NCBI GenBank assembly: GCA_964632485.1
Contig: CAZWDO010000004.1
Span: forward strand, 62,001 to 126,000
Direction: 5' to 3'
Origin: an uncultured bacterium
Lineage (GTDB): Bacteria; JAGOEH01
Length of the DNA: 64,000 nt
The notes under the pieces are model-generated. The model saw nothing but the letters and a program-made list of their open reading frames with translations, was not told the origin of the DNA and ran no database searches. The position numbers and the translations under genes are program-made. Each line of letters begins with the position of its first letter. Positions within the stretch are counted from its first letter, which is position 1. Shown in pieces: positions 39,404 through 51,133 of the stretch.

Positions 39404-42133
39404 ATGAATTGGTATCATAAAAAAATTGATGAGGTATTTGAGCATTTTCATTCGCAGGAAAAAGGGCTGGCGGAAACACAAATTAGCATTAATCGTGAAA
39501 CCTTTGGTTCCAATCGTATCATTACAACAAAATTAACACCTTTTTGGAAAATTTTTATTGCGCAATTCAAGGATTTTGTAATCTGGTTGCTCCTCTCTGC
39601 GGCATTGATTGCATTGGTATTAGGTGAAACCATTGATTCAATTGCAATTATTGCTATTGTAATTATCAATGCAATTATTGGCACCATTCAGGAAAAAAAG
39701 GCTCAAATTTCCCTGGAATCACTTAAAAAATTGTCTTCACCCATGGCTCGGGTCCTCCGAGATGACGAAGTAATAGTAATCCCAGCCGAAGATCTCGTTT
39801 GTGGCGATATCGTATTGATTGAAGCCGGGGATTATATTCCCGGAGATTTGCGTTTGTTTAGCGCCAATCAACTCAAAATTGATGAATCGATGCTGACTGG
39901 GGAAACCCTATCCGTAGATAAAGAAGCAACGATTCTCTCAGCCGATGAACTTATTATTTCCGAACAATACAATATGGCATTTATGGGTACGGTAGTTACT
40001 TCAGGCAAGGGCAAAGGCGTGATGATTGCCGGTGGGATGAAAACAGAATTAGGGAAAATCACTCAAATGGTCCAATCAATTGAAGTGGAAGCGACTCCAT
40101 TGGAACAACGCATGGAAACACTCGGCCGTTATATCGCTATTTTCTGTATTATTATAAGTTTTCTGGTTGTTTCGATTGGCCTTTTTGTCACCCATGATTT
40201 CATCCATCTTTTTATGCTGGGAGTATCGCTATCAGTCGCCGCGATTCCAGAAGGGTTACCCGCCATTATCACGATTACTCTGGCTATTGGCGTTTATCGC
40301 ATGGTGAAACGACATGCCTTAGTACGTAAGCTTCCCGCAGTCGAAACACTCGGCAATGTCAATACAATTTGCAGCGACAAAACAGGAACTCTCACCTTAA
40401 ACCAAATGTTCGTCAATCGCATCACTCTTTTTAATATGATGGAATTTGAAGTAACCGGTAAAGGGTTCACTCCCCAGGGAACAATTACACCCATATCTTC
40501 CAAACTCAGCGAGAATCCATATACAATGGAATGGCTTAATCAACTGCTAATGACTGGGTTACTCTGTAACGACAGCGAGCTTAAACCTCCATCAGATAAA
40601 AATCCTCATTGGCATGTGATTGGGGATCCCACCGAAGGCGCCTTATTAGCATTAGCGCTTAAATATAAAATGGACCGGCAAACATTTTTACAAGACTATC
40701 ATTTGATTTATGAAATTCCATTTGATAACCAAAAAAAATATATGGCAACACTATTCCGGCATCAATCCGGGAAAGCTTATATCTTCATTAAAGGCGCCCC
40801 TGACATTCTGCTGGAGCATATCCCATATACCTCAGACGGTCAGATGCTCACACAGAGCCAGCGCGATAAAATTTCCACCGAAATATCTGAATATTCCAAA
40901 TCAGGACTACGGTGTCTGGGTATGGCAATGGCGGTTTATGACAGTGAAAAATCGCTCTCTATTGACAACATTTTCGAACAATCCCAATTTATTGGCTTTG
41001 TTTCGATGTATGATCCGCCCAGGCCGGAGGTTCTGGTTGCTGTAAAAGAAGCCAAAGAAGCCGGGATTAAAACACTGATGATAACCGGAGATCATAAGCT
41101 AACTGCTTTTGCTATTGGTTTGGAGTTGGGAATCGCCGATGATATTTCACAGGTAGTAACTGGGCATGAGCTTGAAAATTGGGATGATGTAACGCTAAGT
41201 AACAATATCAGGCAGTACCACATTTTTGCCCGGACAACTCCTATCCACAAACTGCGAATCGTCCAGGCGCTGAAAGCGCATGGTGATATCGTTGCCATGA
41301 CCGGGGATGGGGTCAATGATGCCCCTGCCCTTCGCGAAGCGCATATTGGAATTGCAATGGGTTTGGGGGGAGTTGATGTTGCCCGGGATTCATCCGACAT
41401 GGTCCTGACTGATGATAATTACGCCACCATTGTTGCGGCGGTCGAGGAAGGCCGGAATATTTTTGCCAATATTAAAAAATCGATCTATTTCATTCTTTCT
41501 CACAATGTCGCCAATATTCTCATCGTGCTGGGCGCTATTGTCCAAAATTTGGGCCTAATCGTTACCCCTTTGCAATTACTATGGATCAACTTGATCACCG
41601 ATTCCCTTCCTGCGCTCTCTTTCAGCGCTGAGAATAAAGAGCCCGATCTAATGAAAAAAAAGCCCGCTACTTCTCATCGCATGATCTTTACCCGTATTGA
41701 ATACTGGAGGCTTTTCTGGCAGGGTAGCGTCAACGCCTTTAGCGCCTTTTTGGGGTATTATCTCATTCTGCACGTGTTTACCCGCTCCGATACTTCTACC
41801 CTGATGAGTGATCAGGTTGCAAGAACTGTTCTTTTCTCCATAATGGTCATTGGCCAGCAAATTTACGCTTTTAGTTGCCGCAGCTCTAATTACAGTATAT
41901 TTCAAATGGGTTTCTTTTCCAATATCTTTCTCTTTGGCGCGACTGGGCTGGCTATCATTTTGCAGTTTATTGCTATTTATACTCCCTATGTCAACAACCT
42001 CTTCAATATAGTTCCTCTCAATCCTCTCGAAATTGGGGTTGTCATTTTTTGTTCTTTGCTATCCCTATTTATAATCGAACTTGCCAAAATTTATTACCGT
42101 TACCGTTCTAAAAAGGAACTTTGTTATGCTTGA
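39404..42133 (+). CDS. Cation-translocating P-type ATPase (P2A, Ca2+-ATPase-like)
   Basis: [42 protein letters not shown]. Confidence 0.95.
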   Translation: MNWYHKKIDEVFEHFHSQEKGLAETQISINRETFGSNRIITTKLTPFWKIFIAQFKDFVIWLLLSAALIALVLGETIDSIAIIAIVIINAIIGTIQEKKAQISLESLKKLSSPMARVLRDDEVIVIPAEDLVCGDIVLIEAGDYIPGDLRLFSANQLKIDESMLTGETLSVDKEATILSADELIISEQYNMAFMGTVVTSGKGKGVMIAGGMKTELGKITQMVQSIEVEATPLEQRMETLGRYIAIFCIIISFLVVSIGLFVTHDFIHLFMLGVSLSVAAIPEGLPAIITITLAIGVYRMVKRHALVRKLPAVETLGNVNTICSDKTGTLTLNQMFVNRITLFNMMEFEVTGKGFTPQGTITPISSKLSENPYTMEWLNQLLMTGLLCNDSELKPPSDKNPHWHVIGDPTEGALLALALKYKMDRQTFLQDYHLIYEIPFDNQKKYMATLFRHQSGKAYIFIKGAPDILLEHIPYTSDGQMLTQSQRDKISTEISEYSKSGLRCLGMAMAVYDSEKSLSIDNIFEQSQFIGFVSMYDPPRPEVLVAVKEAKEAGIKTLMITGDHKLTAFAIGLELGIADDISQVVTGHELENWDDVTLSNNIRQYHIFARTTPIHKLRIVQALKAHGDIVAMTGDGVNDAPALREAHIGIAMGLGGVDVARDSSDMVLTDDNYATIVAAVEEGRNIFANIKKSIYFILSHNVANILIVLGAIVQNLGLIVTPLQLLWINLITDSLPALSFSAENKEPDLMKKKPATSHRMIFTRIEYWRLFWQGSVNAFSAFLGYYLILHVFTRSDTSTLMSDQVARTVLFSIMVIGQQIYAFSCRSSNYSIFQMGFFSNIFLFGATGLAIILQFIAIYTPYVNNLFNIVPLNPLEIGVVIFCSLLSLFIIELAKIYYRYRSKKELCYA

Positions 42134-43022
42134 TTTTATTAATCAGTACCGTCTGAAACAAAAATTGAAAAAAAATTATAATTTATCAATTGAGGAATTG
42201 CGCTTTATTAATTTACTGCTCAATATATTTTCAATCTCTCCTCCCCAAAAAATTCTCAATCATGAATTCTTCCAGGAACTCATTCCTCAAACCTCCCACA
42301 ATGAAACTTTAGTCCAGCAGTTTCCATCCCATAATGAAATCGATTTCTTAGTGATGGGAATCTATCATAAATTATTTACCCATGATACAAACCCGGAAAA
42401 ATTCCAGACAACCCGTCAAATTCCTATTAATAGCCTGGTATCACTGACATTTTATCAATTGAATTGTTTCGCTTCTGGAATTATCTTCGATAATGTCCAA
42501 AATTTTTTGTCGGTACGATTACTGGACCCAGCCGGCTGCCAGGATATTACTCCCAACCAGGAGGTATTACTACGCTTTCATCATCATACTCATGGAGTTT
42601 ATGAAGCGCTGACGACTATTGTCGATTTCCAGCCCAGCCCCTTCCAATTGTTGTTATTACGTCATAAAGAAATGCTGCATCAGGAACGCCGACGATATGT
42701 TCGCTATAATATTGATTTGAATACCATGGTGTTTCATCTCATCCCCGATCAAAAAGAACAGGAAACCATTCCCATTACAATCGATAATATGAGCCTGGGC
42801 GGTATTCAAATTATTAGCGAATTCTATTTTGAAGATAATACCGTTGTCAGTGTGATGATCCCTGATGCCCATATTCATGAACCTCTACCCTTAAAAATCA
42901 TCTCTCGCCGATTCAATGCTGAAGCGCATAAATATTCATACCATACGATGTTCCAGGGAATTACCGATATTGAAGCATTAAAAATTGAACAATTCATTAA
43001 ATACTATAGGAAAAAAACATGA
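42126..43022 (+). CDS. PilZ-domain protein (YcgR/flagellar-brake-like architecture)
   Basis: QERRRYVR (RxxxR) and NMSLGG ([D/N]xSxxG); probable ATG at 42126. Confidence 0.8.
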   Translation: MLDFINQYRLKQKLKKNYNLSIEELRFINLLLNIFSISPPQKILNHEFFQELIPQTSHNETLVQQFPSHNEIDFLVMGIYHKLFTHDTNPEKFQTTRQIPINSLVSLTFYQLNCFASGIIFDNVQNFLSVRLLDPAGCQDITPNQEVLLRFHHHTHGVYEALTTIVDFQPSPFQLLLLRHKEMLHQERRRYVRYNIDLNTMVFHLIPDQKEQETIPITIDNMSLGGIQIISEFYFEDNTVVSVMIPDAHIHEPLPLKIISRRFNAEAHKYSYHTMFQGITDIEALKIEQFIKYYRKKT

Positions 43023-43933
43023 ACCTAATTGAAATGAACAACATCAAGAAGTATTATGGCAACTTCAAAGCCGTAGACATTGATCATCTTTCAGTGCCCA
43101 AAGGATCCATTGTCGGATTTCTCGGACCAAACGGAGCGGGTAAAACCAGCACAATTCGTATGTTAATGCAAATTACTAAACCGGACCAGGGGGCCATTCT
43201 TTTTGACGGAAACCCCGTCAATCTGTCTTTTCTTGATCGTGTTGGCTATTTGCCTGAGGAGCGGGGGCTTTACCAGAAACTAAAAGTTGGAGAAATGATC
43301 GATTTTTTTGCTCAGCTCAAAGGCCTTTCCCACACGAAAATCAAGCAAAGAGCCTCTTTTTTTCTAAAAAAATTTGAACTCGACGGCTATCACCAAAAAA
43401 AAGTTCAGGAACTCTCCAAAGGAATGCAGCAAAAACTTCAATTCATTACAACAATCATTCATGAACCAGATCTGATAATCCTGGATGAACCCTTTTCGGG
43501 TCTTGATCCAGTCAACGCCGAAGTACTCCAACAGACAATATTTGAGGAAGCCCAGCGGGGAGCCACGGTTATTTTTTCCACCCATATCATGAATAAAGCC
43601 GAACAAATCTGTAAAACGATCATCATGATCGACCACGGATTACCCGTGTTGAATGACACGATGGCGAAGATACGCACAGATTTCTCCCAAGGTCTTTACC
43701 TGCTGGAATTCGCCGGTGACGATTCTTTTTTAAAACAAATGCCGGAAATTATTTATTACCAACAGGAAAAACCACTTGAGTATATATTAAAACTTAAAAC
43801 CCCCCAAGACTCGCAAATACTGCTTCGAAAAGCAATGGATGCAGGGACAGTTGAAAAATTCACAAAATATGAGCCTTCATTGGAAGAAATTTTCATTCGA
43901 ATAGTCAAGGAGGGCAAGCATCATGAAAATTAA
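43019..43933 (+). CDS. ABC-2 type transporter ATP-binding protein
   Basis: GPNGAGKT, LSKGMQQK, ILDEPFSGLDP. Confidence 0.93.
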   Translation: MNLIEMNNIKKYYGNFKAVDIDHLSVPKGSIVGFLGPNGAGKTSTIRMLMQITKPDQGAILFDGNPVNLSFLDRVGYLPEERGLYQKLKVGEMIDFFAQLKGLSHTKIKQRASFFLKKFELDGYHQKKVQELSKGMQQKLQFITTIIHEPDLIILDEPFSGLDPVNAEVLQQTIFEEAQRGATVIFSTHIMNKAEQICKTIIMIDHGLPVLNDTMAKIRTDFSQGLYLLEFAGDDSFLKQMPEIIYYQQEKPLEYILKLKTPQDSQILLRKAMDAGTVEKFTKYEPSLEEIFIRIVKEGKHHEN

Positions 43934-45176
43934 CGTTATTATCCGCCATGAATACCTTTCCCGTGTTAAAAGTAAAGGATTTATCATTTCTTCATTGATT
44001 ATGCCTTTTATGATGGCAATCTTGCTATTCCTCCCCCATTACCTCATGCGTTTTCAAAGTGATGAAATAAAAAAAATAATCATTTCCGATTCAACCGGGA
44101 CCTTTTTTGAAGAGATTACACAGGAACTCGCCCCTGATTCACTGATTCAGCTAATAGCAGATCCTGATTTATGCAGTATTGAAAAACTACAGGAAAAGGT
44201 TTATAAAGAAAAAGCCTTTGGATTTGTTATAATTCCGGCGGATGTGGAGACATCTTCCCGGATCTTTTTTTACAGTATTAACCCTGCGAATTTCAGTTTT
44301 GCACGACGAATTGAACAAACAATTTCGCGATTGGTAATCAAACGAAGGACTGCCCATTCGGATTATGATCCCCAAATAATGCAGCAAATTATGCAAAATG
44401 TCAATATGGAAACCTATAAAATCACTAAGACAGGAAGAGCTACCAAAGATCGGGGCGCCGGTTTCGGTTTGGCTTATATCCTGGGATTTACTCTCTATTT
44501 AACAATACTGATTTATGGTATGATGGTCATGAATAGTATTATTGAAGAAAAAACCTCCCGTATCTATGAAGTCATTCTATCCTCAATCCGACCCTTTCCA
44601 TTATTAACCGGAAAGCTGATTGGCATCAGTCTGTTAGGTCTCACCCAATTTCTTTTCTGGATCGCTTTTGGCTTCTTTTTGTGGCGGTTCATTCAACCTG
44701 CCGCCGGGGCATCGCAATTTAATATTTTTGACCTTAGCGGAATTGCCGGGCAGATACACCCTTCTCTCTGGTTTTTCTTTGTATTTTATTTTACGGCTGG
44801 CTATTTTTGCTATTCAGCTCTTTACAGCATCATCGGCGCTGCTGTAAACAATCAGACTGAAGCGCAAAATCTTCAGACTCCGATTACTCTGACTATTGTG
44901 TTTTCATTTCTTTTCATGTTTTTTGTCATCAACAATCCAAATTCCTCGTTAAGCATCATCCTGTCAATTTTACCGCTCACAGCTCCGATTTTGATGATGG
45001 TTCGTTTATCGATCCAATTCCCTCCTTTATGGCAAATCGCCTTAAGCGTTAGCGCGCAAATCATCGGTTTTCTCGCCATTATCTGGATTGCGGCAAAAAT
45101 TTACCGTATCGGCATCCTGATGTATGGCAAACCACCCACTTTTAAAGAATTGTTCCGCTGGATTAAAGAGAACTGA
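43923..45176 (+). CDS. ABC-2 type permease (NatB/YhaP-like)
   Basis: IIEEKTSRIYEVILSS...GKLIG, KIYRIGILMYGKPP. Confidence 0.9.
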   Translation: MKINVIIRHEYLSRVKSKGFIISSLIMPFMMAILLFLPHYLMRFQSDEIKKIIISDSTGTFFEEITQELAPDSLIQLIADPDLCSIEKLQEKVYKEKAFGFVIIPADVETSSRIFFYSINPANFSFARRIEQTISRLVIKRRTAHSDYDPQIMQQIMQNVNMETYKITKTGRATKDRGAGFGLAYILGFTLYLTILIYGMMVMNSIIEEKTSRIYEVILSSIRPFPLLTGKLIGISLLGLTQFLFWIAFGFFLWRFIQPAAGASQFNIFDLSGIAGQIHPSLWFFFVFYFTAGYFCYSALYSIIGAAVNNQTEAQNLQTPITLTIVFSFLFMFFVINNPNSSLSIILSILPLTAPILMMVRLSIQFPPLWQIALSVSAQIIGFLAIIWIAAKIYRIGILMYGKPPTFKELFRWIKEN

Positions 45177-46267
45177 TGATTATAAAAATCCTGGATCGTT
45201 ATATTCTTAAAGAATTTGTAACTGTTCTCATTGTGAGCTTATTTGCCTTTGTAGCTATTTTTGTGATTGTTGATTTTCTTGATTTTGCCGATAATTTGAT
45301 TGAAAAAAATGCCCGACTGGTAGATATTTTTTATTACTACCTGCTATTTATCCCTTTTATCTACAACATCATGAGCCCTCCCGCCATGTTGATGGCCAGC
45401 CTTTTTGCCTTCAATCGCATGGCCAGGCGCTCCGAAATTATTGCGATCCGATCATCCGGGTTATCGTTACTTCGAATTATTCGTCCTATCTTGATAGTGG
45501 CCGCCCTTTTTACCCTCGGCAATATTTGGATTAGTCACTCCATTCTTCCAACTATTGAATTGAAACGCTGGGAAGTCAAACAGTACCAGCTATATCGACG
45601 GTCACCACAGAACCAATCCCCTACCAGCCAGCTTTCTTTTCGAGATAAAAGCCAACGCTTTTATTTCTTTTACTATTACAACCCCGCTCAGAAAACCGGG
45701 TATAATGTTTTGGTTAATACGGTTGAAAGTAATTATATCCGCAACCGGCTTTCCGCCACAAAAGTATCTGTCAGCGACACAGGATGGACTTTTTTTGATG
45801 TTCGGATATGGGAATATGACCCTCAGGGAGACATCATCAAAATTAATAACATGCCCCGGTACTTTGACAACTCTATTAAACTTCTACCTGAATTTTTTGT
45901 TAAGCCGGAAAAGAAAATCCAGCACATGACCTGGATTGAACTCAATGAATACATTGAGTTGCTAAAAATCGGGGGACAATCCTATGCGCAACCTCTCATG
46001 GAGCTCTATTTGCGTTTTTCGTTCCCCTTTGCCGGCTTTGTTACTGTCTTGTTTGGAGCGCCTTTAGCCGTCCGGCAATACCGGAGAAAAAGCGCTTCAA
46101 TCGGATTTACTATCAGCCTGCTGATCTGTTTTCTATATTATGGATTGCAGCGAGTTTTTCAATCCATGGGCAACAACGGTATTCTCGATCCATTCTGGTC
46201 AGCCTGGATAAGTAATATTATCTTTGGTGTTATGGGCATTACCTTTCTCTTATCATCCAACAAATAA
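45176..46267 (+). CDS. LptF/LptG family LPS export permease
   Basis: KILDRYILKE, SEIIAIRSSGLS, AWISNIIF. Confidence 0.9.
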   Translation: MIIKILDRYILKEFVTVLIVSLFAFVAIFVIVDFLDFADNLIEKNARLVDIFYYYLLFIPFIYNIMSPPAMLMASLFAFNRMARRSEIIAIRSSGLSLLRIIRPILIVAALFTLGNIWISHSILPTIELKRWEVKQYQLYRRSPQNQSPTSQLSFRDKSQRFYFFYYYNPAQKTGYNVLVNTVESNYIRNRLSATKVSVSDTGWTFFDVRIWEYDPQGDIIKINNMPRYFDNSIKLLPEFFVKPEKKIQHMTWIELNEYIELLKIGGQSYAQPLMELYLRFSFPFAGFVTVLFGAPLAVRQYRRKSASIGFTISLLICFLYYGLQRVFQSMGNNGILDPFWSAWISNIIFGVMGITFLLSSNK

Positions 46268-46277
46268 AGGATCTCAA

Positions 46278-47771
46278 ATGATTAAAAGGAACGCTCGCTT
46301 TCAATGGCTACTTGTTCTTCCGGTATTTTTCAGCTTCATCACTCTTTCGACCGGGGAAACAGCTATCCATGAGCTATACCGATCATTTGACAGCAATGCG
46401 CGGCTTCCCGGGCACATCATATTAACAAATCACGAGTATGCGCTGAGCAACTGCCTGTCTCTCAGCGCGCAATTCGAATCAATTACTTTAGATACTATTG
46501 GCTACTCGGTAGAAAACAGGCCACTGCTGAAATTGAAATTTGGCCAGGGCCCAATTCGGATTCTCCTTTGGACCCAGATGCATGGTAATGAGCCAACAGC
46601 TACCGCCGCATTAATTTCCATATTTCATTATCTCGGCAATGGCTATAAACAACAGGAAGAAATAACCCGCAAAATTTTCGATAAATTGACTATTCATGCC
46701 ATTATTCTGCTCAACCCGGACGGCGCCGAGAGATTCAACCGTCGCAACGCTCAGGATATCGACATCAACCGTGATGCCCTGCAACTTGCAACTCCTGAAG
46801 GCCGCGCCCTGGATTCATGCAGGAAGGCAATCCACCCCCAATTTGGATTTAATCTCCACAATATGTATGGACGTGAAACCGTGGACAGAACCGGGAAAAC
46901 TTTGAAATTTGCTTTAATGGCTCCTGCTGCCGACCCTCAAAATAGTGACCCACCCAATCGGTTGAAAGCCAAGCAGGTTTGTGTCGCTTTAAAAGAATTT
47001 TTTGAAACATTTATTCCCGGCCATATCGCTCGCTATGATGGCTCATACATGGCACGGGCATTTGGCGATGCCATGCAAGCTCATGGCGTCAGCACTATTT
47101 TGATTGAGGCGGGGACTTCAACCGACGATACTCCTGAATATCTTGTTAAACTCGAATATTCCGCCTTGTTACAATTATTCTATACAATTGCCAACCAGTC
47201 CCTTGGGAAATATAATCCCAATCATTACAATTCAATTCCCCTGGAAGGCCCTCCATTTTATGATCTGCTCATTAAAAAATGTGCCATCCTCAATGGCATT
47301 AATACAACTTCATTTATTTCAGACCTGGCCATCAATTTCAATCTTAGTAAAATCCATTCAGACACGATTAAACTTCAACCGGTTATTATGGATATTGGCG
47401 ATTTAGATCATGCAATTGCCATAGATACGATCAAAGACACTAATCTCATTGTTTGTCCGAAAGTTGCATTCCCGGAACAATTCAAAAAACAACTTCTTCC
47501 ATGGCATTTCGCCCAAGACTACTACCCGTGCCAAATGCAACCCTGGTTTAATCAATTATCCTCAGAATTGGAGCTGGGCCAAATTTCATTCAATCTTATT
47601 CCGCTGCTTAGCGCCAATGCTAAAGGTTGGCAAGGTGAGTTTTCAACTATCATTGCCAGAGATCAGAAACTAAACCTGATCCTTTTTAGAAAAACTGACA
47701 ATTTTTCTTTAAAACTGGATAATATCAAACGAATTATTAAGTACGAGATCATTCTCCCTAAAACTTTTTAA
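46278..47771 (+). CDS. M14 zinc carboxypeptidase-like protein
   Basis: QMHGNEPTAT, NPDGAE, DINRD, FNLH, ILIEAG; probable ATG at 46278. Confidence 0.85.
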   Translation: MIKRNARFQWLLVLPVFFSFITLSTGETAIHELYRSFDSNARLPGHIILTNHEYALSNCLSLSAQFESITLDTIGYSVENRPLLKLKFGQGPIRILLWTQMHGNEPTATAALISIFHYLGNGYKQQEEITRKIFDKLTIHAIILLNPDGAERFNRRNAQDIDINRDALQLATPEGRALDSCRKAIHPQFGFNLHNMYGRETVDRTGKTLKFALMAPAADPQNSDPPNRLKAKQVCVALKEFFETFIPGHIARYDGSYMARAFGDAMQAHGVSTILIEAGTSTDDTPEYLVKLEYSALLQLFYTIANQSLGKYNPNHYNSIPLEGPPFYDLLIKKCAILNGINTTSFISDLAINFNLSKIHSDTIKLQPVIMDIGDLDHAIAIDTIKDTNLIVCPKVAFPEQFKKQLLPWHFAQDYYPCQMQPWFNQLSSELELGQISFNLIPLLSANAKGWQGEFSTIIARDQKLNLILFRKTDNFSLKLDNIKRIIKYEIILPKTF

Positions 47772-47833
47772 CCAATTAATCCCCTTTTGTTTACTGAACA
47801 ATTTTTATGAATTTTTCAAAATAAAAAAAATAC

Positions 47834-47862
47834 TTGACACATTGATGACCCTACGTTATAAT
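47834..47862 (+). promoter_or_regulatory. Perfect-consensus sigma70 promoter
   Basis: TTGACA-17-TATAAT, followed by AAGGAGG and ATG at 47892. Confidence 0.8.
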
Positions 47863-47891
47863 ACAAAAAATAAACTACCAAGGAGGATTTA

Positions 47892-50800
47892 ATGAAACGT
47901 TTACTGTTTTTTGTCTGTATGACATCTATCCTGGCTGCAGGAGTTCACGCTCAACTTACACCTTGGAATTCATTGCCCTCTTATGAAGACCAACGTTTTA
48001 ATGCAATAGTCACCCTAAGTACTACTTCAGTACTGTTTGGCACAGGGGATGGCTATATTTTCAGATCCGATAACCAGGGGAACTCCCTGATGCTAATCCA
48101 CACCACTTCAACCGGAAATGGGATTTTAAGCATGAAAATGCTTGGCCAAACGATCATTGGAACCGTTGCAGGTGGCTATTTAGTTAAATCCACCGACCAA
48201 GGCGCGACCTGGATCGATATCGATGTTACAGCGATTACCAGTTATGACCTTAATGATGTTTATATGATGACGGAATTGGAATTTTGGGTTGTGGGTGATG
48301 GCAAAAACAATGTAGACCCCATTACAATTCTCCATACAATCGATGGGGGTACCAGTTTTGATAAAATTTCCAATAGTTACACTAAAAGCAGCGGGGACGC
48401 GATTACATTTATTAATAGCAACACAATCGGGATCATTGGGTATGGCGATGGGATCATTGTATCACCCGATGGCGGTCAGACCTGGGTGGAGCCCGCGAGC
48501 ATTGACTTTAGCGGCATTGATTACACTCGTAAAGATATACGTAGTTTAGTAAAATTAAACGACAACACCGTAATCGGTGTCGGCTGGGGTTCATTCGCTT
48601 CTGGATTGCAAAATACCATTATACTTAAATCCTATGACGGAGTCTCATGGACTAATATGGCGCCAACCGGTGCGAACGCTGCTTATGCAAATGCTTATGG
48701 CCTTTTTTTTGAAGATGAAAATACCGGTTATTTAGGATTGGGTGGAACAGCCTACGGAGGCGCGATTCAAAAAACCACCGATGGAGGAGAAACCTGGCAA
48801 TTAATCAATGTATGCCCTAATTATATTTATTCCATCGGAAAAGTTGGCAACCGACTGCTTTTTGGCGGCAATTACAGCGGACTCTGGGCCTCTGACAATA
48901 GTGGCGCAAGTTTTTCCCCTTTAGCCAAATCAACCAGCGCATGTTTCGCAATCGATGCTTCAGGCGATGAGATCGTTATGGGTGGCAGAGATGGAATGTT
49001 CCTTTATTCCGGCGACAAGGGCGCAAATTTTCAATACGGCCTGCTTGCCACTCCCGATCGCAATCAATCCCAGATCCAAAGCATAGCCATTGATCCGACT
49101 TCCAGCCGAATTTGGGCTGTAGGATTACAATTTATTAAAAAATATTCCGATGATCATGGTCAAACCTGGAATTCTGCCGGAGAGTGGGAAATGAATTCCC
49201 TCAGCTCTCTGGAGTGCATTAAAATTTATAGCGATGGCATCTATGCAGCCGGCCGCATTAAACGCCCGGCGGAAAATAAATATGATGATTTAATTCTAAA
49301 AAGCTCGGACAATGGCGTGACCTGGGATACCCTGACCCAAGCCAATTCAGCCGGCAACTATGCCGTAAGTATGGCAAAATCAGGCAATCTAATCGCTTAT
49401 ACCGACAACAAAGGAAATCTGATCATTTCCAGCGATAATGGCGCAACATGGCAAACCAAACCAACTGCCACTACAAAAACTCTTAATGACATCTTGTTCG
49501 ACGAATCACGTATCTGGTGCGGTGGAGGACAGGGAGCCTTGATGCTTACTGAAGATAATGGTGATAACTGGACCAGTTTCGATTTGGGCACAACGAATAA
49601 TATCTATGATATGGCCAAAAGCGGAACCAAAATTTTAGCGCTTGATCAAAGACTGGGTATATATGTTACTGAAGATGCCGGCGATAACTGGACTCTTTTA
49701 CCATTTGCAGATACTACACTTTTTTACTATCAAATGACGGTAGTGGATGATCAGGTTTTTATCACCGGCAGCAATGGGACCATAGAGCAGATCGATTTAT
49801 CTGCAAGTTCAAGTGGCCTGCTTCCCAACTTGGTGATCGCACAGGAAGTCCTCTACAACGACTCAATTGCCAGCGGTTTGATTTTCAAACCGGGCTGCAT
49901 TCTCGATAACGGGCAGACCATCTGGTTGTCCGGCGATGCCGGTTCGGCTGCCGGCGCTTCCTATGTTTTTCTCTCCACCGACGGTGGCCAGACCTTCACT
50001 CAAAGCCCGCCCATCGAAGGCCGCGTGGCTAATCTGGATGCATTCGATGCCAATACCGCCCTGATCGCCATGGCTTCCGGCCATATCTGGAAGACCGAAG
50101 ACGGCGGCGAGAGCTGGATTGACGTTTATTCCTATACCAATGGTGAATGGTTTGACGGTTTGTGTATTATCAACGATACCGTGGCTGTGGCTTTCGGCGA
50201 CGGCCCCAATGACGGGTATATGCATTTCGTCCGTACCGAAGACCGCGGAGAATTCTGGGATGAGATCTCGGGAATCGATTATATGAATTCCGCCTATGCG
50301 ATCTATTCCTGGGGCACGGCGATAATGAATATCGGGGATACCATTTTTGCCGGCGCCTGTAATTCGGGTTACAATCAGGCCTATTTTTACCGGTCCTATG
50401 ATGCCGGAATGAACTGGGAAACCTTCGAGGTCATGACCGGTGTTTCCGGCCGCATCAACGGCGTCGCCATGATTAACGGCCAGCAGGGCCTTGCCAGCGG
50501 CCGCATTTCAGCCGGTGTCAGCGTGATCCTTGCGACCACTGACGGCGGTGAAACCTGGGATGAATGCGCTCAACCCGGCGATAGCGCGACCTATATCAAT
50601 TCGGTGACTGCCATTCCCGGTACCAATATCATTGTGGCCGGCGGGGATGCCAATGAAGTGTTTTATACTGACGATCTGGGCGCAACCTGGGAATCGGTAG
50701 TAGTTGAAGGCGAAGAAGCCAACGATTTTCTGGGCGGTCTTTTTCTGAATCAAAATACCGGTTATATGTTTACCTACAATGGCCCGGTCTATAAATTCAA

Positions 50801-51113
50801 TACAACTTCCACCGCCATTTGCGAGACCCCGGGAATAAGTAAGCAGAAAAAAATATTCGAGTTACAGTCCAATTTCCCCAACCCCTTCAATCCACAAACC
50901 CATATTCGCTTTAAACTGAATCAAAGTGAACAGGTGCAACTGGTAGTCTTCGATATTCTGGGCCGCCATATTGCAACCCTGATCAATCAAACCCTACCGG
51001 CCGGCGAGCATACAGTTACCTATCAACCGGCTCAATCCGCTACCGGCGTATATTATTATATGCTCAAAGCCGGCAAACAAGTTGAATCCCGTAAAATGAT
51101 GTTCATCAAATAA
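47892..51113 (+). CDS. Secreted BNR/Asp-box (YCF48-like) beta-propeller protein with T9SS-type C-terminal domain
   Basis: Signal peptide; many (S/T)xDxGxTW repeats; C-terminal NFPNPFNPQT...GVYYYML...KMMFIK. Confidence 0.88.
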   Translation: MKRLLFFVCMTSILAAGVHAQLTPWNSLPSYEDQRFNAIVTLSTTSVLFGTGDGYIFRSDNQGNSLMLIHTTSTGNGILSMKMLGQTIIGTVAGGYLVKSTDQGATWIDIDVTAITSYDLNDVYMMTELEFWVVGDGKNNVDPITILHTIDGGTSFDKISNSYTKSSGDAITFINSNTIGIIGYGDGIIVSPDGGQTWVEPASIDFSGIDYTRKDIRSLVKLNDNTVIGVGWGSFASGLQNTIILKSYDGVSWTNMAPTGANAAYANAYGLFFEDENTGYLGLGGTAYGGAIQKTTDGGETWQLINVCPNYIYSIGKVGNRLLFGGNYSGLWASDNSGASFSPLAKSTSACFAIDASGDEIVMGGRDGMFLYSGDKGANFQYGLLATPDRNQSQIQSIAIDPTSSRIWAVGLQFIKKYSDDHGQTWNSAGEWEMNSLSSLECIKIYSDGIYAAGRIKRPAENKYDDLILKSSDNGVTWDTLTQANSAGNYAVSMAKSGNLIAYTDNKGNLIISSDNGATWQTKPTATTKTLNDILFDESRIWCGGGQGALMLTEDNGDNWTSFDLGTTNNIYDMAKSGTKILALDQRLGIYVTEDAGDNWTLLPFADTTLFYYQMTVVDDQVFITGSNGTIEQIDLSASSSGLLPNLVIAQEVLYNDSIASGLIFKPGCILDNGQTIWLSGDAGSAAGASYVFLSTDGGQTFTQSPPIEGRVANLDAFDANTALIAMASGHIWKTEDGGESWIDVYSYTNGEWFDGLCIINDTVAVAFGDGPNDGYMHFVRTEDRGEFWDEISGIDYMNSAYAIYSWGTAIMNIGDTIFAGACNSGYNQAYFYRSYDAGMNWETFEVMTGVSGRINGVAMINGQQGLASGRISAGVSVILATTDGGETWDECAQPGDSATYINSVTAIPGTNIIVAGGDANEVFYTDDLGATWESVVVEGEEANDFLGGLFLNQNTGYMFTYNGPVYKFNTTSTAICETPGISKQKKIFELQSNFPNPFNPQTHIRFKLNQSEQVQLVVFDILGRHIATLINQTLPAGEHTVTYQPAQSATGVYYYMLKAGKQVESRKMMFIK

Positions 51114-51133
51114 TTTTTCCCAATCTGACTTAT

